Shown one piece after another: positions 1-10,688 of a DNA stretch of 64,000 nt. Position numbers and translations under genes: made by a program. The DNA comes from Candidatus Omnitrophota bacterium (lineage in GTDB: Bacteria > Omnitrophota > Omnitrophia > Omnitrophales > Aquincolibacteriaceae), in contig CAIOAT010000013.1 in NCBI GenBank assembly GCA_903856085.1, positions 103,430 through 167,429 on the forward strand. Reading direction: 5' to 3'. Each line of letters begins with the position of its first letter. The stretch's first letter is position 1. Below the pieces are notes generated by a model. It made no database searches and was not told the DNA's origin. It worked only from the letters and a program-made list of their open reading frames with translations.

Positions 1-968
1 ATCGCGGAGGTAATATGGTCATAACCCGGCGCAATATCCGTCACAAGCGGTCCGAGCACATAAAAAGGTGCGCCATGGCAAACCTTGATCTGGCGTTCGA
101 TATTCATGGGGATCTGGTCCATCGGCACGTGCCCCGGACCTTCCACCATCACCTGCACATCTTGTTCCCAAGCTCGCAAGGTCAACGCCCCGAGCGCATC
201 AAGTTCCGCGAACTGCGCCGCATCGCTCGCATCCGCGAGACACCCCGGCCGCATCCCATCGCCGAGGCTGATCGTCACGTCATATTTTTTGCAGATCTCA
301 AGCAGCCGGTCATAATGCGTAAAAAGAAAATTCTGTTTTTGATGGGCCTTGCACCAACGCGCAAGGATCGCACCGCCACGACTCACCACGCCGGTTACGC
401 GGCTTTCGATCAGAGGCAAATGTTCCAACAACACTCCCGCGTGAATCGTCATGAAATCCACGCCCTGCCGGGCCTGATGCTCGATCACCTCGAACATAAT
501 CTCCGGCGTCAGCACTTCCGGCTTTCCATTCACGCGTTCGAGAGCCTCATAAATCGGCACCGTTCCGACCGGAACCGTAGTCGCACGAATAATCGCTTCG
601 CGCGTCTCATCCAGCTGTTTTCCGGTCGAAAGATCCATCACAGTATCCGCTCCAAACTTGACCGCGAGCTTCACCTTCTCCACTTCGGCTTGAATATCCG
701 ACCCTAGCGCGGAATTGCCGAGATTCGCGTTGATCTTGCACCGAACGCTGATCCCGATCCCCATCGGCCGCAGATCCCGATGATTCACATTCGCACAGAT
801 CACAAGCCGCCCGGCCGCCACCTCTTCTCTGATGAACTCCGGAGCAAGACGTTCGTCCGCCGCCACATAGTTCATTTCTTCCGTCACGATCCCCTGGCGG
901 GCATAGTGCATCTGGGAACGGTTCTCGTCTTTTTCTCGTTTCGCTATCCAGCCGTCTCGAAATGACAT
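1..968 (-). CDS. thiC: Phosphomethylpyrimidine synthase ThiC family (radical SAM). The N-terminal ~320 aa are present; the C-terminus runs off the window start.
   Basis: Reverse translation of 1-968 gives [41 protein letters not shown]...[47 protein letters not shown], the hallmark ThiC motifs. The ATG is the complement of 966-968. It is absent from the ORF track because it is open at the window edge. A ThiC paralog such as BzaF cannot be excluded by eye. Confidence 0.8.
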   Translation of the reverse strand, partial: MSFRDGWIAKREKDENRSQMHYARQGIVTEEMNYVAADERLAPEFIREEVAAGRLVICANVNHRDLRPMGIGISVRCKINANLGNSALGSDIQAEVEKVKLAVKFGADTVMDLSTGKQLDETREAIIRATTVPVGTVPIYEALERVNGKPEVLTPEIMFEVIEHQARQGVDFMTIHAGVLLEHLPLIESRVTGVVSRGGAILARWCKAHQKQNFLFTHYDRLLEICKKYDVTISLGDGMRPGCLADASDAAQFAELDALGALTLRAWEQDVQVMVEGPGHVPMDQIPMNIERQIKVCHGAPFYVLGPLVTDIAPGYDHITSA

Positions 969-988
969 GTTTTCCTTTTTAAATCCGC

Positions 989-2137
989 TCAATGAAATGC
1001 TGTTTCAACAACATGGCAACTCGTGCGCCACCACACATCTAATTCTTTCGGAAAATATTTTATCCGCTCTTTTTTGAGTTCCCGGGTCGTTACGAGCACC
1101 TGGTGCGGCCACTTTCCGATACGGTCTTGAATACGCCGGGTCAAGAGATCGAGCGCCGCAGCCGTTTCAGCTCGGACTACCGTGTAAAGTGAATACGGAA
1201 ATTCCGGGTAAGCCGGCCGCCGACCCGCATAAAGAACTTCGCCGAAGTCCGCGATCTCGGGTCCTAGCCGCTCGAGCTTCTCTTCCGGAATTTGCCAAAC
1301 CAGGAGCGTTCGGGTCTCCGTAACAGTCGCGACAGATTTCAGAAAACTTCCGATCTTTTTGAGACAACCTTTCCCGATAAGCGACATCATCCGCTCCAGC
1401 GCCTGAACTTCCGTGATCCCAAGATCCGAAGCGATCTTCCGGTAAGGTTCGTCTGTCAGCGGGAACGGCTCCTGCAACTTCCGGATCATTCCAATCTCTT
1501 CTGCTGAAAGCCCATCTTCGAGCACGGCTTCGCCGGGAGCTTGCAAGCGGCTGGAAATCTCAGAATTTCCACAGCTTGTACTCGTCGCACGAGACGACAA
1601 GCAACGCTTCTCAAAACGCTCGCTCATGGCCGGAAATGTTTCCGCGTCCAAAGAGCTTAAGAGGTCGGTCCCCTTAAATACCTTACGAACGGGTAAAAAC
1701 AATACCCTCTGGGCCCCCGCAAGTTTCCCAAGACACTGGACATGCAATTCAAGATCATACCCCGATGGGACCGCGATAAAAAACCAAAGATTGAACTCGT
1801 GTTCACGCTCACAGCCGTAGACCACCCCCGGATGCTGCCAAAGGACTTCGGTCCGGGACTCAAGCTCTGCCGCATCGGACAGCAAGTGACGCTCCTGTCC
1901 GATCCGCACCGCGACCCAAGCACTTTGATAATGGAACGCGCGCGGATCCAGAATGGCCTTGATCCCTCCGAAGGTCCCTTCCCTTTTGAGACGTTGGATA
2001 CGAACCAGAAGCTCCGCACTGTCTGAGCCGATCTTCGCGGACCAAACATCAAAAGGCCGCGGAGTCAGCGGAAGCCCGTTTTGGAGATAACTCAAAAGAA
2101 GACGATCTTTTTCATCCATAGTCCCAACACCTATCAA
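989..2137 (-). CDS. Fused two-domain Lrp/AsnC-like siroheme decarboxylase-type protein (AhbA/AhbB or NirD/NirL-like).
   Basis: 382-aa ORF with two tandem halves, each with an N-terminal HTH-like segment ([24 protein letters not shown]..., [23 protein letters not shown]...). The conserved NLWF motif ([10 protein letters not shown]) is typical of AhbA/B and NirDLGH. It ends 21 nt upstream of the thiC start. Confidence 0.55.
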   Translation of the reverse strand: MIGVGTMDEKDRLLLSYLQNGLPLTPRPFDVWSAKIGSDSAELLVRIQRLKREGTFGGIKAILDPRAFHYQSAWVAVRIGQERHLLSDAAELESRTEVLWQHPGVVYGCEREHEFNLWFFIAVPSGYDLELHVQCLGKLAGAQRVLFLPVRKVFKGTDLLSSLDAETFPAMSERFEKRCLSSRATSTSCGNSEISSRLQAPGEAVLEDGLSAEEIGMIRKLQEPFPLTDEPYRKIASDLGITEVQALERMMSLIGKGCLKKIGSFLKSVATVTETRTLLVWQIPEEKLERLGPEIADFGEVLYAGRRPAYPEFPYSLYTVVRAETAAALDLLTRRIQDRIGKWPHQVLVTTRELKKERIKYFPKELDVWWRTSCHVVETAFH

Positions 2138-2175
2138 TTAAAACGAAGTTGAAATTGGGGCAGTCCCCATTCCAA
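2129..2175. repeat. Palindromic repeat family, copy A (degenerate short variant, related to the copy at 44894-44943).
   Basis: CCTATCAATTAAAACGAAGTTGAAATTGGGGCAGTCC. It aligns with copy F, CCTATCGATTTCAACGGAGTTGAAATCGGGGCAATCC, and with the right arm of copy E, GAAATTGGGGCAGTCCTCGTCAACCC. Confidence 0.6.
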
Positions 2176-2359
2176 GCAATCGAAGCAAAGCTGAGATTGG
2201 AGCTGTTTTAAAGGACCCCCGGGAGGCTTGAGAACAATACCTGAAAGCATAATAGCCGAGGGAGCAGGGTTTGTCTATAAAAGGGCGGGAAATGCGTAAC
2301 GCTCCCCGGGGAACGTATTCGTTTGTCGTTCCCCGTTCATCGTCCCCCGTTTATTGGAA

Positions 2360-2719
2360 TCAATTTAAATTCGCGCGGATCTTTTCGATCAGGGCATCGA
2401 TTTCAAAAGGTTTTTTCAAACTCCCGGCAATACCGCCGAGATCGATTACGCGCTGAGGCATTTTATCATTGACGCTGGCAATAATGACGGGGATAGAGCG
2501 CCATTTCTCCTGCGCGCGCAACCACACATAGAATTCTTCCCCGTCCATCACCGGCATAATAAGGTCAAGAATGATGAGAGACGGTGTCTCTTTTTCAAGT
2601 ATCGCCATGGCTTCCTTCCCGTTCAACGCGGTCAGTACCTGAAAGGATTCCCCCTGAAGATAAAGCTGATAGATATCCTGAAAATCACTGTCATCCTCAA
2701 CGATCAATATCTTTTTCAT
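2360..2719 (-). CDS. Single-domain response regulator (CheY-like receiver).
   Basis: MKKILIVEDDSDFQDIY...IILDLIMPVMDGEEF...KKPF has the receiver-domain D-D-K pattern. There is no output domain. The start was chosen at the MKKIL ATG, preceded by GAGAGGAA. Confidence 0.8.
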   Translation of the reverse strand: MKKILIVEDDSDFQDIYQLYLQGESFQVLTALNGKEAMAILEKETPSLIILDLIMPVMDGEEFYVWLRAQEKWRSIPVIIASVNDKMPQRVIDLGGIAGSLKKPFEIDALIEKIRANLN

Positions 2720-2761
2720 AGTTCCTCTCATCTCACCCCAGCACGTGGCACTAGGGTTGAT

Positions 2762-4609
2762 TTATACGTTCTTATTTGCGAGCTGATACGACGGAAAAAC
2801 AACTTTAAAAACACTGCCTTGCCCGGCGCCTTCACTCTCGGCCCAAAGCTCTCCCTCGTGCAAAGCCACGATCTCCTTGGAAATGGTCAGACCCACCCCG
2901 ATCCCCAAGGTCGACGGCGTTTTCTGGAAAAACGCTTCGAAAATTCTCTGAAGATTCTCGGGCTCGATCCCGATCCCGGTATCCACGACTTCCGCGAAAA
3001 CATCGTTCCCTCGGATCGAGGAAGCAACCGTGATACTGCCGTCGGGAGTAAATTTTATAGCATTGGTGATGAGATTAACGAACACCCGGTAAAGCATGTC
3101 CGGATCTCCAAGCATCTTGAGTGGTGACGGAGAAAGCCGGGTCTGGAGCTTCAAATGATGTTGCTCGACCAAGGGACGCGTATCGTCCGCCACGAGCATG
3201 AGCACGTCGTTAAGATCCAGTTCCTGTTTTTTAATGTCTGACATCCCGGATTCCACCTTAGAAAGATCCATGATGCTCGAAATGGTCCGCATCAAACGGT
3301 CCGCATTGTCACTGAGCATCTTGATAATGGGAAGAAATTTCTCTTTTTCAGGATTGTTCGTCATCTGCTTGGCTAAAAGTTGCGTTGTCATGATAAATTT
3401 AGCCGTAGGCGTCTTGAGCTCGTGCGCCACGTCGCGAACAAGTGTTTCCTTCATCATTTCCACATGTCGCAGGTCCGTAATATCACGCATAACACCCTGA
3501 ATCAGGCGAAGATTCCCTTCATAGTCCACGACCGGCGTGAGATTGGTCTGGTAATAGATCTCTGCGTGATGAAGCCTGTGGAATTGTTTGGTGCTCAAAT
3601 GTTCTACGGATTTCTTGGTTCGAACGATCGTTTCAAGCGCTTCCTGGAATTTCTGTGCCTCTCCCGGTGCGTGCATCAGAAAGAAGAGCGGAAGCCCTTC
3701 CGCGAGGATCTCCTCGCGTGTGTAACCCGAAAAACCGCGATTAAGGATCATAAGCTCGCCTTCAGGGGTAATGGAAAAAATGATATCGCTCACGTCATTG
3801 ACGATCGATCGGTATTTCTCCTCGGACTCCTCAAGAGCCTGACTCCGGGCCCGCAAATGCTCAAAACTTTGCACCAGACGACTCACCACTTTATTGAACG
3901 CCTCGCCGACTTCCTGAATCTCGTCGTGAGAATGGATATTAGCCCGCGCCTCAAGATCCCCGGCCAGGATGTTGCGTGCGGTCTTTTGCAACGAGGTCAG
4001 AGGCCGCATGACCAGCCAGGTGATCCACGCGATCACAAGCGTTGCGATGATCACCAAAAGAAAGGCCACAAAGAATTTTTCGACAAAGATCTTCCGAAGT
4101 TCCTTTTCGAATTCGATCTTGGAAAAAATGATGATGAGACGTCCGAGCGTTTCCTCTCCGCTCATGATAGGCGCCACAGCCGCGTAGGTATCGGCGTCGA
4201 TTTTTTCAACCCCGAAAAAATCTTGATTATAAAAAAGTCCCGGAAGGGCTTCGTTTTCAGGCCGGCTGCTGCCAAGGGTTTTTCCGTCCGAACCCTCCAC
4301 ACGGACCTCTTCCACATCGGCCTGCTCGGCAAGAAGTTGGATATAGGCTCTGAGAGAACGCTGGTCCTTCGCCTCGAGCGGGATCTTGAGCGTCTCCGAA
4401 AAGATCTCAGCAATAGTTTGAAGTCGCGCCTCTTTGTATTTGACCATCAGGTCGCGAAAGACATTGAAGGTCGTAAGAAGCACAAAAAAAACGATCCCGA
4501 GAACAAGAACCAACACCGGCAATGACAGCTTATAGCGAATAGGCACACGCCAAGCTTGTCGCTGGGACGATTCCTTTTGATTCTCGGAACTCTTACGATT
4601 CTTCAACAT
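2762..4609 (-). CDS. Sensor histidine kinase (TM, HAMP, PAS, HisKA, HATPase_c).
   Basis: 615 aa. It has N-terminal transmembrane segments and an H-box (HELKTPTAKF). The C-terminal ATPase motifs are TNAIKFTPDGS, VVDTGIGI and GIGVGLTISKEIV. It is adjacent to the receiver gene. Confidence 0.85.
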   Translation of the reverse strand: MLKNRKSSENQKESSQRQAWRVPIRYKLSLPVLVLVLGIVFFVLLTTFNVFRDLMVKYKEARLQTIAEIFSETLKIPLEAKDQRSLRAYIQLLAEQADVEEVRVEGSDGKTLGSSRPENEALPGLFYNQDFFGVEKIDADTYAAVAPIMSGEETLGRLIIIFSKIEFEKELRKIFVEKFFVAFLLVIIATLVIAWITWLVMRPLTSLQKTARNILAGDLEARANIHSHDEIQEVGEAFNKVVSRLVQSFEHLRARSQALEESEEKYRSIVNDVSDIIFSITPEGELMILNRGFSGYTREEILAEGLPLFFLMHAPGEAQKFQEALETIVRTKKSVEHLSTKQFHRLHHAEIYYQTNLTPVVDYEGNLRLIQGVMRDITDLRHVEMMKETLVRDVAHELKTPTAKFIMTTQLLAKQMTNNPEKEKFLPIIKMLSDNADRLMRTISSIMDLSKVESGMSDIKKQELDLNDVLMLVADDTRPLVEQHHLKLQTRLSPSPLKMLGDPDMLYRVFVNLITNAIKFTPDGSITVASSIRGNDVFAEVVDTGIGIEPENLQRIFEAFFQKTPSTLGIGVGLTISKEIVALHEGELWAESEGAGQGSVFKVVFPSYQLANKNV

Positions 4610-4817
4610 GGATCTTCAACATTTCTCCAGAGATCCAACCCTTCGCTTCAAAGCCTGGATCCTATTTTCACAAAAATGCAGCCTATTTAAAACTTCCAAA
4701 GCCTCTTGTTCTCGTCTACCCTTCAAGAGACAAAATCAAAGACAAGCCCTCCGAATCCTTTAAATCAATAGCAACACAGCCTTTGGAACGGAGCGCCTTC
4801 TATTATCGGCATGTTCC

Positions 4818-5225
4818 TCAGGTTTTGAAATACTCCTCCCAATGAAGGACCAGATCCTCCAACACCTCAAGATCTCCCGGAAGCAACGTATATTGACGGA
4901 TATCCTCCCGCGAAACCCACCTGAAATCCTTACAGTCGATCGCACGGGGCTCCCCGCTTTCCCACCGGCAAAAAAAGAAGAAAAGCGAGATTTTGCGCTC
5001 CGGAGATCCCTGCACCCTATTGCAAAGAAGCTTCTCAGGATGGACCCGAATGCCCAGTTCTTCAAAAGCCTCGCGCACAAGACACGCTTCGATCGTTTCA
5101 TCCTGCTCGCGCTTGCCGCCCGGAAATTCCCAATAGCCGCCGAAGCTGTCCTTCAGATTGCGCTGAGCAATCAAAAGTTGCCCATTCCTATGAATGATCG
5201 CACAACCGACCTCAAGAGTTTCCAT
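4818..5225 (-). CDS. NUDIX hydrolase (MutT-like).
   Basis: Nudix box GGKREQDETIEACLVREAFEELGIRV in a 135-aa protein. Confidence 0.8.
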   Translation of the reverse strand: METLEVGCAIIHRNGQLLIAQRNLKDSFGGYWEFPGGKREQDETIEACLVREAFEELGIRVHPEKLLCNRVQGSPERKISLFFFFCRWESGEPRAIDCKDFRWVSREDIRQYTLLPGDLEVLEDLVLHWEEYFKT

Positions 5226-5518
5226 TATTTTTCTTTCGGACAGAAAACTCGAACCACAAACAGCATGGGACTATAAGAAAAAATAGTTGCGTTAGTCATT
5301 GAACAGTTCTTTAGGGAAATCCCGAGGTTAAACGATTGAAGGTATTGTACCCAACAGCCTTACCCTATGGAATCTTTTTATCAGCACTAATTCTCTATGA
5401 AAAAATGAACGGATAATCCGTACAGTCCAAGTCGCCCTTCATGAAAAAAATCAAGACTTAGACAGGAAAAGAAGCGGCTTAAGGCCCTCTTAACCCCTAC
5501 TCTAACCCCTTATCTTCA

Positions 5519-5546
5519 TTGACTTTGAACCCTTTGTTCATATAAT
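5519..5546 (+). promoter_or_regulatory. Candidate sigma70-type promoter for the nuo operon (TTGACT, 16-nt spacer, TATAAT).
   Basis: TTGACT at 5519-5524 and TATAAT at 5541-5546. The nuoA ATG at 5555 lies only ~9 nt after the -10, implying a leaderless or near-leaderless transcript. Confidence 0.35.
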
Positions 5547-5554
5547 GACGGCCT

Positions 5555-5926
5555 ATGTCCAGCGGCTCCTATTTCTACCAATATCTCTTTGTCGGCATCT
5601 TCTTTGTCTTCGCGCTTGTTTTTGCCGCGATTCCCTTGGTCCTGGCCTGGCTCCTAGCCCCCAAGAAGCCGTCACTTGAGAAGCAAGCGACCTACGAATG
5701 CGGCTTGGCCTCTAAAGGCGACCCCTGGATGCAATATCACGTGCAATATTACCTTTTCGCCTTGATCTTCGTCATTTTTGACATTGAAACGGTCTTTATC
5801 TACCCGTGGGCTGTCGCCTTTAAAAAGCTGGGCCTCTTCGCCTTTGTGGAAATGGCCATCTTCATCGCCATCCTCGCTTTCGGCCTCATGTACGCCTGGA
5901 AGAAGAAAATGCTCGAGTGGGAGTGA
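5555..5926 (+). CDS. nuoA: NADH-quinone oxidoreductase subunit A.
   Basis: 123 aa with the YECGL and IFDIETVFIYPWAV motifs and three TM helices. Confidence 0.9.
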   Translation: MSSGSYFYQYLFVGIFFVFALVFAAIPLVLAWLLAPKKPSLEKQATYECGLASKGDPWMQYHVQYYLFALIFVIFDIETVFIYPWAVAFKKLGLFAFVEMAIFIAILAFGLMYAWKKKMLEWE

Positions 5927-5961
5927 TCTTCCTCCGTTTGCATAGAAACTGAAAAAACCTT

Positions 5962-6693
5962 ATGGCATTCACAAAAAATAAAACTAAAATTGATGAAACG
6001 CTTCGGGCAGAACTCGCAAAAAAAGGCGTGATCTGGACGAGTTTAGATTTCCTCTACAACTGGGGCCGGCGCTCGTCGATATGGCCCATGCAGTTCGGCC
6101 TCGCCTGTTGCGCGTTCGAGATGATCGCCGCAGCCTGCGCCCGTTACGACATTGCACGCTTTGGAGCCGAGCTTTTCCGTGCCTCGCCGCGCCAGGCCGA
6201 CCTCATGATCATTTCCGGGACTGTCACCAAGAAAATGGCCCCCCAAGTCGTCCGTCTCTATAATCAGATGCCGGAGCCAAAATATGTGCTCACGATGGGC
6301 GCGTGTGCGATTTCGGGCGGTCCTTTTATCGACGGCTACAATGTTTTACGCGGAATCGACCGTTATATCCCGGTCGATGTCCATCTTCCCGGCTGTCCTC
6401 CCCGGCCCGAGGCCCTGCTTCATGGCCTCATGGAGCTTCAAAAAAAGATCGCTTCACAAGAGATCCGGAAGGCGGAATGGTATCAAAAAGGTCTGAAACG
6501 GGAATTCCCGATCCCAGAGCTTGGGCCCAATGGTCTCATCCCAAAATTCAATCCTGAGGTCTGGCAGCCTTCTAAAAGAAATTCTCGCAGGGAACATTAC
6601 GGGCAGACGATCCTGGTTGGAAAAAAGTTGAAAGCTCCGGACCTGGAACTTGCGATAGCCACCAAGCCAGTCGCCCCGGGAGCTGCCGCCTGA
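5962..6693 (+). CDS. nuoB: NADH-quinone oxidoreductase subunit B (20 kDa, N2 cluster), with a ~70-aa C-terminal extension.
   Basis: GLACCAFEM...[17 protein letters not shown]...GCPPRPE are the Cys ligands of cluster N2. At 243 aa it is longer than a typical NuoB. Confidence 0.9.
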   Translation: MAFTKNKTKIDETLRAELAKKGVIWTSLDFLYNWGRRSSIWPMQFGLACCAFEMIAAACARYDIARFGAELFRASPRQADLMIISGTVTKKMAPQVVRLYNQMPEPKYVLTMGACAISGGPFIDGYNVLRGIDRYIPVDVHLPGCPPRPEALLHGLMELQKKIASQEIRKAEWYQKGLKREFPIPELGPNGLIPKFNPEVWQPSKRNSRREHYGQTILVGKKLKAPDLELAIATKPVAPGAAA

Positions 6694-6694
6694 T

Positions 6695-7282
6695 ATGAAT
6701 ATCCCGATTGAAGAGGTCAAAAAAGAGCTAGAGGCCCGGCTACCGGATGTCAAACTCCGCCTGATCAGGGATTCCATTCTGATCGAAAATCCGGAAGATC
6801 TGCCGCGGGTTGCCTTGTTCTTAAAAGAAAGCCCGAAATTCCTTTTGGATTATCTGTCATCAGTGACGGGCGCGGATTATCTGACGTTCCTGGAATCGGT
6901 CTATCATTTTTATTCGATGGCCACAAAGCAGGGGCCTGTGGCGCTTCGCGTGCGCGTCACAAAAAATAACCCGCGAGTCCCCTCGCTGGTACCGATCTAC
7001 CGGAGCGCAGAACTCCAAGAGCGTGAGGCTTACGACACCTTCGGCATTATTTTTGAAGGGCACCCTGACCCCCGGCGTCTTTTCATGTGGGAAGAGTTTC
7101 AAGGCTATCCCCTGCGCAAGGATTACGAGCAAGAAGACACCGAGGTACTGGAAGCTACAGATATCGCGTGGCTTGAGGCTCGCGGGATCGAGATCCCTGG
7201 CGAAATGAAGGAAAAAGCGAAAGCACTCCAGGCCACCAACCAGCGCGCGATTGCTCAAAAGCCGGAAAAACCCAGGAATTAG
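6695..7282 (+). CDS. nuoC: NADH-quinone oxidoreductase subunit C (30 kDa).
   Basis: ERE(A/V)YD(T/M)FGI motif (EREAYDTFGIIFEGHPDPRRLFM). It is separate from nuoD, not fused. Confidence 0.85.
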   Translation: MNIPIEEVKKELEARLPDVKLRLIRDSILIENPEDLPRVALFLKESPKFLLDYLSSVTGADYLTFLESVYHFYSMATKQGPVALRVRVTKNNPRVPSLVPIYRSAELQEREAYDTFGIIFEGHPDPRRLFMWEEFQGYPLRKDYEQEDTEVLEATDIAWLEARGIEIPGEMKEKAKALQATNQRAIAQKPEKPRN

Positions 7283-7285
7283 TTT

Positions 7286-8434
7286 ATGGAAACAACTGAA
7301 GTCCTTAAAAATACAGACGCGACACAGATACTCGAGATCAATTTCGGGCCACAACATCCGTCCACGCACGGCGTTTTCCGCATGACGGTTCAACTGGACG
7401 GCGAGAAAATTTGCGGTCTAAAACCTGTCTTCGGATATCTGCACCGCAACCACGAGCAGATCGCGGAGAACCTCCCCTACGCGGCGATCATGCCCTACAC
7501 GGACCGGTTGGATTATGTGAATGCACTTGCGAATAACTTCGGCTATGCGCTCACGATCGAAAAACTCGCGGGGTTTGAAGTCCCCGAAAGGGCGGAATAC
7601 ATCCGAGTCATCATGGCAGAACTCGCGCGTATCGTAAACCATATCACGGTCATCGGGTTTATGCTCAACGACCTCGGTGCTTTTTTCACACCACTTCTCT
7701 ACGCCTTCCGCGAGCGGGAAAGAATCTTGGACCTTTTCGAAGAGATCACAGGTTCACGCCTGATGAATAATTATTTTCGTTTCGGCGGCGTAAAACGCGA
7801 CCTCACGAATGAGAACCTTGCTGCTATTCAGAAGATCGTTTCGAAATTCCCGGCGTTCCTGAAAGAATTCGAAGCCCTGCTCACAAAAAACGAGATTCTC
7901 TGCATGCGCTGCCAGAATATTGGCATTCTTTCCGGGGAAACGGCGACGAACGCCGGCATCACGGGCCCCGTGCTTCGCGCCTCCGGCGTCAATTACGACA
8001 TCCGGAAAGTGGACGGCTACAGCATTTATAATCGTTTTGATTTCAAGATCCCACTCGGAGAAAAGGGCGATGTGTATGACCGTTTTTACGTCCGTGTCCT
8101 TGAGATACGTGAGAGTTTGAAGATCCTGGAACAAGCCCTGACCAAGATTCCGCAGGGTGAGATTATCAATAAAAAGTCCCTTCCCCTCCTTAAGATGCCA
8201 CGCAACTTCAAACCGCCGGTGGGTGAAGCCTATGGACGCGTCGAATCTCCCAAAGGCGAGCTTGGATTTTATGTCGTAAGTGACGGAACGCCGCAACCCT
8301 GGCGCTATCACGTGCGCGCCCCTTCGCTCATTAACCTGACCGTATTGGAAGAGATGTGCCTCGGCCAAAAGATCGCGGATGCGATCATTATCCTTGGAAG
8401 TATCGACATTGTACTCGGAGAGACCGACCGATGA
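7286..8434 (+). CDS. nuoD: NADH-quinone oxidoreductase subunit D (49 kDa).
   Basis: [13 protein letters not shown]...RAPS...GE(T)DR motifs in a 382-aa protein. Confidence 0.9.
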   Translation: METTEVLKNTDATQILEINFGPQHPSTHGVFRMTVQLDGEKICGLKPVFGYLHRNHEQIAENLPYAAIMPYTDRLDYVNALANNFGYALTIEKLAGFEVPERAEYIRVIMAELARIVNHITVIGFMLNDLGAFFTPLLYAFRERERILDLFEEITGSRLMNNYFRFGGVKRDLTNENLAAIQKIVSKFPAFLKEFEALLTKNEILCMRCQNIGILSGETATNAGITGPVLRASGVNYDIRKVDGYSIYNRFDFKIPLGEKGDVYDRFYVRVLEIRESLKILEQALTKIPQGEIINKKSLPLLKMPRNFKPPVGEAYGRVESPKGELGFYVVSDGTPQPWRYHVRAPSLINLTVLEEMCLGQKIADAIIILGSIDIVLGETDR

Positions 8435-8994
8435 ACATCTTTGGATCGGGTGTTTTCCAAGGCATGATGGTAACACTCAAAAACTTCCTGACCTCTTATT
8501 TCCGCAAACCCGATGAAGGCGGCATCTTCACGGTCCAGTACCCGGAAGAGCGCGAAAAAGCGATCGAGAACTTCCGGAACTTCCCTTTTCTTGTTTATGA
8601 CGGATCGCCGGAGCAGATCCGCTGCGTCGCCTGCGGAATCTGTGAGCGGGAATGTCCGCCCAAATGCATTCATATTGAGATGGCCCTTGATGTAGTTGGA
8701 AAACCGGCAAGAAAACCTACGGTATTCGATATCGATTACGGCCTTTGCATGAATTGCGGCATCTGCGAAGAGGTCTGCCCCTTCGATTCGATTTTCATGG
8801 ATCATGCTTTTGAAGTCACAGCACCTGAGCGTCAAATAAGTCTGGTCCGGCCCAAAAAAGCACTCCTGAAATCGAATGAATATTTTCAGAAGATCCGGCC
8901 GACTCTGGCAGCGGTCATTGATCAAAAGAGAAAAACGGCTGAAGAAAAGAAGAAGGCGGCAATTCAGCCGCCCGCAACCTCGGAATCGAAATGA
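8431..8994 (+). CDS. nuoI: NADH-quinone oxidoreductase subunit I (2x[4Fe-4S] ferredoxin), with a Lys-rich C-terminal tail.
   Basis: [12 protein letters not shown] and [12 protein letters not shown] motifs. The start was taken at the MNIFGSG ATG (8431), overlapping the nuoD stop as ATGA. It sits between nuoD and nuoH. Confidence 0.85.
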   Translation: MNIFGSGVFQGMMVTLKNFLTSYFRKPDEGGIFTVQYPEEREKAIENFRNFPFLVYDGSPEQIRCVACGICERECPPKCIHIEMALDVVGKPARKPTVFDIDYGLCMNCGICEEVCPFDSIFMDHAFEVTAPERQISLVRPKKALLKSNEYFQKIRPTLAAVIDQKRKTAEEKKKAAIQPPATSESK

Positions 8995-10160
8995 CAAAAA
9001 TACTGGAATTCATCGATAGCATCTTCGTGGCAGCCAAGGCGTGGATTCTGTGCCTTTTAGGTCATTTCCTGCCCGCCTGGATCGTGGTGCTTGTATCGAT
9101 CACCATCAGCGGCGTCGTGATCTTATGTCTCGGTCCAGTGATCATGATGTACCTGACACTCCTTGAAAGAAAGCTGATCGGAAGGATCCAGAACCGCTAC
9201 GGCCCGAACCGCGTGGGGATCTGGGGCCTCCTGCAACCCATCGCCGACGGCATCAAGATGTTCACCAAGGAAGACATCGTCCCCGCGAACGCCGACAAGG
9301 TCATCCATCTCCTCGCTCCCATCGCGATCGTGGTGCCCGCGCTGATGATCTTTTTGGTCGTACCCTTCGGCAAAGGCATGACCACTGTCAATTTGAATAT
9401 CGGCCTTCTTTACTTCATCGCCGTATCGTCCATCACGATCCTTCCGATCTTCATGGGAAGCTGGGCTTCGCGGAACAAATACTCTCTTTTGGGCGGCATG
9501 CGTACGGCAGCCCAGATGATCTCGTATGAGATTCCAATGACCTTGGCCGTTGTCCCGGCCATCATGATGAGCCAGAGCCTTGCGACCAACGCGATCGTCC
9601 TGGCACAGGCGGGTGGCCATGGCCTCAACTGGTTCATCTTCACGCCGTGGGGCATCGTGGGATTCATCATCTTTTTTCTTTGTGCGACCGCGGAGTGCAA
9701 CCGCCCGCCGTTCGATCTTCCGGAAGCAGAATCCGAACTCGTTGCAGGTTTCCACACGGAATATAGCGGCATGAAATTCGCCCTCTTTTATATGGCGGAG
9801 TACATGAACGCGTTCACGCTTTGCGGCATCGCAGCCACTCTTTTCCTGGGCGGCTGGCAAGGCCCTTTCCTTCCGTCCTGGCTCTGGTTCTTCGGGAAAA
9901 CATTTATCCTTATCTGTGTCATGATCTGGTTCCGCGGTACCTTTCCGCGCTTTCGCGTCGACCACCTGATGGCCTTCGCCTGGAAATTCCTTTTACCGCT
10001 CACACTCATCAATATTCTTCTCACCGCGCTTTGGCAGTTCACGTCGAACCTTGCGGCGTGGTGCGGATCGATCCTGGTCTTGGGGATTTCGCTCTGGACC
10101 CTGGTCAAGCTCAACCGTACTTTTGTCCCTGAAAAACGTCACTACCCTTTGGAAAGCTAA
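8991..10160 (+). CDS. nuoH: NADH-quinone oxidoreductase subunit H.
   Basis: LERK(L/V)IGRIQNRYGPNRVG signature in a polytopic membrane protein of 389 aa. Confidence 0.9.
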   Translation: MTKILEFIDSIFVAAKAWILCLLGHFLPAWIVVLVSITISGVVILCLGPVIMMYLTLLERKLIGRIQNRYGPNRVGIWGLLQPIADGIKMFTKEDIVPANADKVIHLLAPIAIVVPALMIFLVVPFGKGMTTVNLNIGLLYFIAVSSITILPIFMGSWASRNKYSLLGGMRTAAQMISYEIPMTLAVVPAIMMSQSLATNAIVLAQAGGHGLNWFIFTPWGIVGFIIFFLCATAECNRPPFDLPEAESELVAGFHTEYSGMKFALFYMAEYMNAFTLCGIAATLFLGGWQGPFLPSWLWFFGKTFILICVMIWFRGTFPRFRVDHLMAFAWKFLLPLTLINILLTALWQFTSNLAAWCGSILVLGISLWTLVKLNRTFVPEKRHYPLES

Positions 10161-10163
10161 TTC

Positions 10164-10688
10164 ATGCCAATCCTAGAAATGGCCGCAAAATTCGGGACCT
10201 ATGCTGTGATGGCCGTGATCCTTATCTTCGCTCTGGGCGTGGTCACGCTCCGGAATATTTTCCATTGCGCACTTTGCCTCGCGGCGGCACTGATCGGAAC
10301 GGCGGTCCTTTATGTTGCATTCCGGGCGGAATACCTCGCCGCAATCCAAATCCTTCTTTATGTCGGCGCGGTAGTCACGCTGATCATTTTTGCCATTATG
10401 CTTACAGAACATCTCGCGGGAAAAACCGTCCGCCAGAACAACTCCCAAAGCCCGCTGGCGATCGCGGGTCTTCTGGGTTTCGTCGCACTCCTCACGGTCG
10501 TGATCCTGAAAACACCCTGGCCGGTCACGCAGACTGCACTTAAAGCCAAAGTCTCCGTCATGGCACTCGGCGAAGCTTTGATGGGGACTTATGTGTTCCC
10601 GTTCGAGGTCATCTCGATCATCTTGATCGCAGCCTTGATCGGTACGGTGGTCATCGCCAAAAAGGATGCTCCGGAGGAACGGCTATGA
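10164..10688 (+). CDS. nuoJ: NADH-quinone oxidoreductase subunit J.
   Basis: 174-aa hydrophobic protein in the NuoJ operon position. The N-terminal TM helix pattern is typical of NuoJ. Confidence 0.75.
   Translation: MPILEMAAKFGTYAVMAVILIFALGVVTLRNIFHCALCLAAALIGTAVLYVAFRAEYLAAIQILLYVGAVVTLIIFAIMLTEHLAGKTVRQNNSQSPLAIAGLLGFVALLTVVILKTPWPVTQTALKAKVSVMALGEALMGTYVFPFEVISIILIAALIGTVVIAKKDAPEERL

Noticed and set aside
15-707. 230-aa plus-strand ORF at the window start.
   Set aside because: It lies antisense to a clearly conserved ThiC coding sequence and its translation is low-complexity and His/Arg-rich.
3380-4525. 381-aa plus-strand ORF.
   Set aside because: It is antisense to the sensor histidine kinase, has no recognisable motifs and has skewed basic composition. 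It is a typical shadow ORF in ~50% GC DNA.
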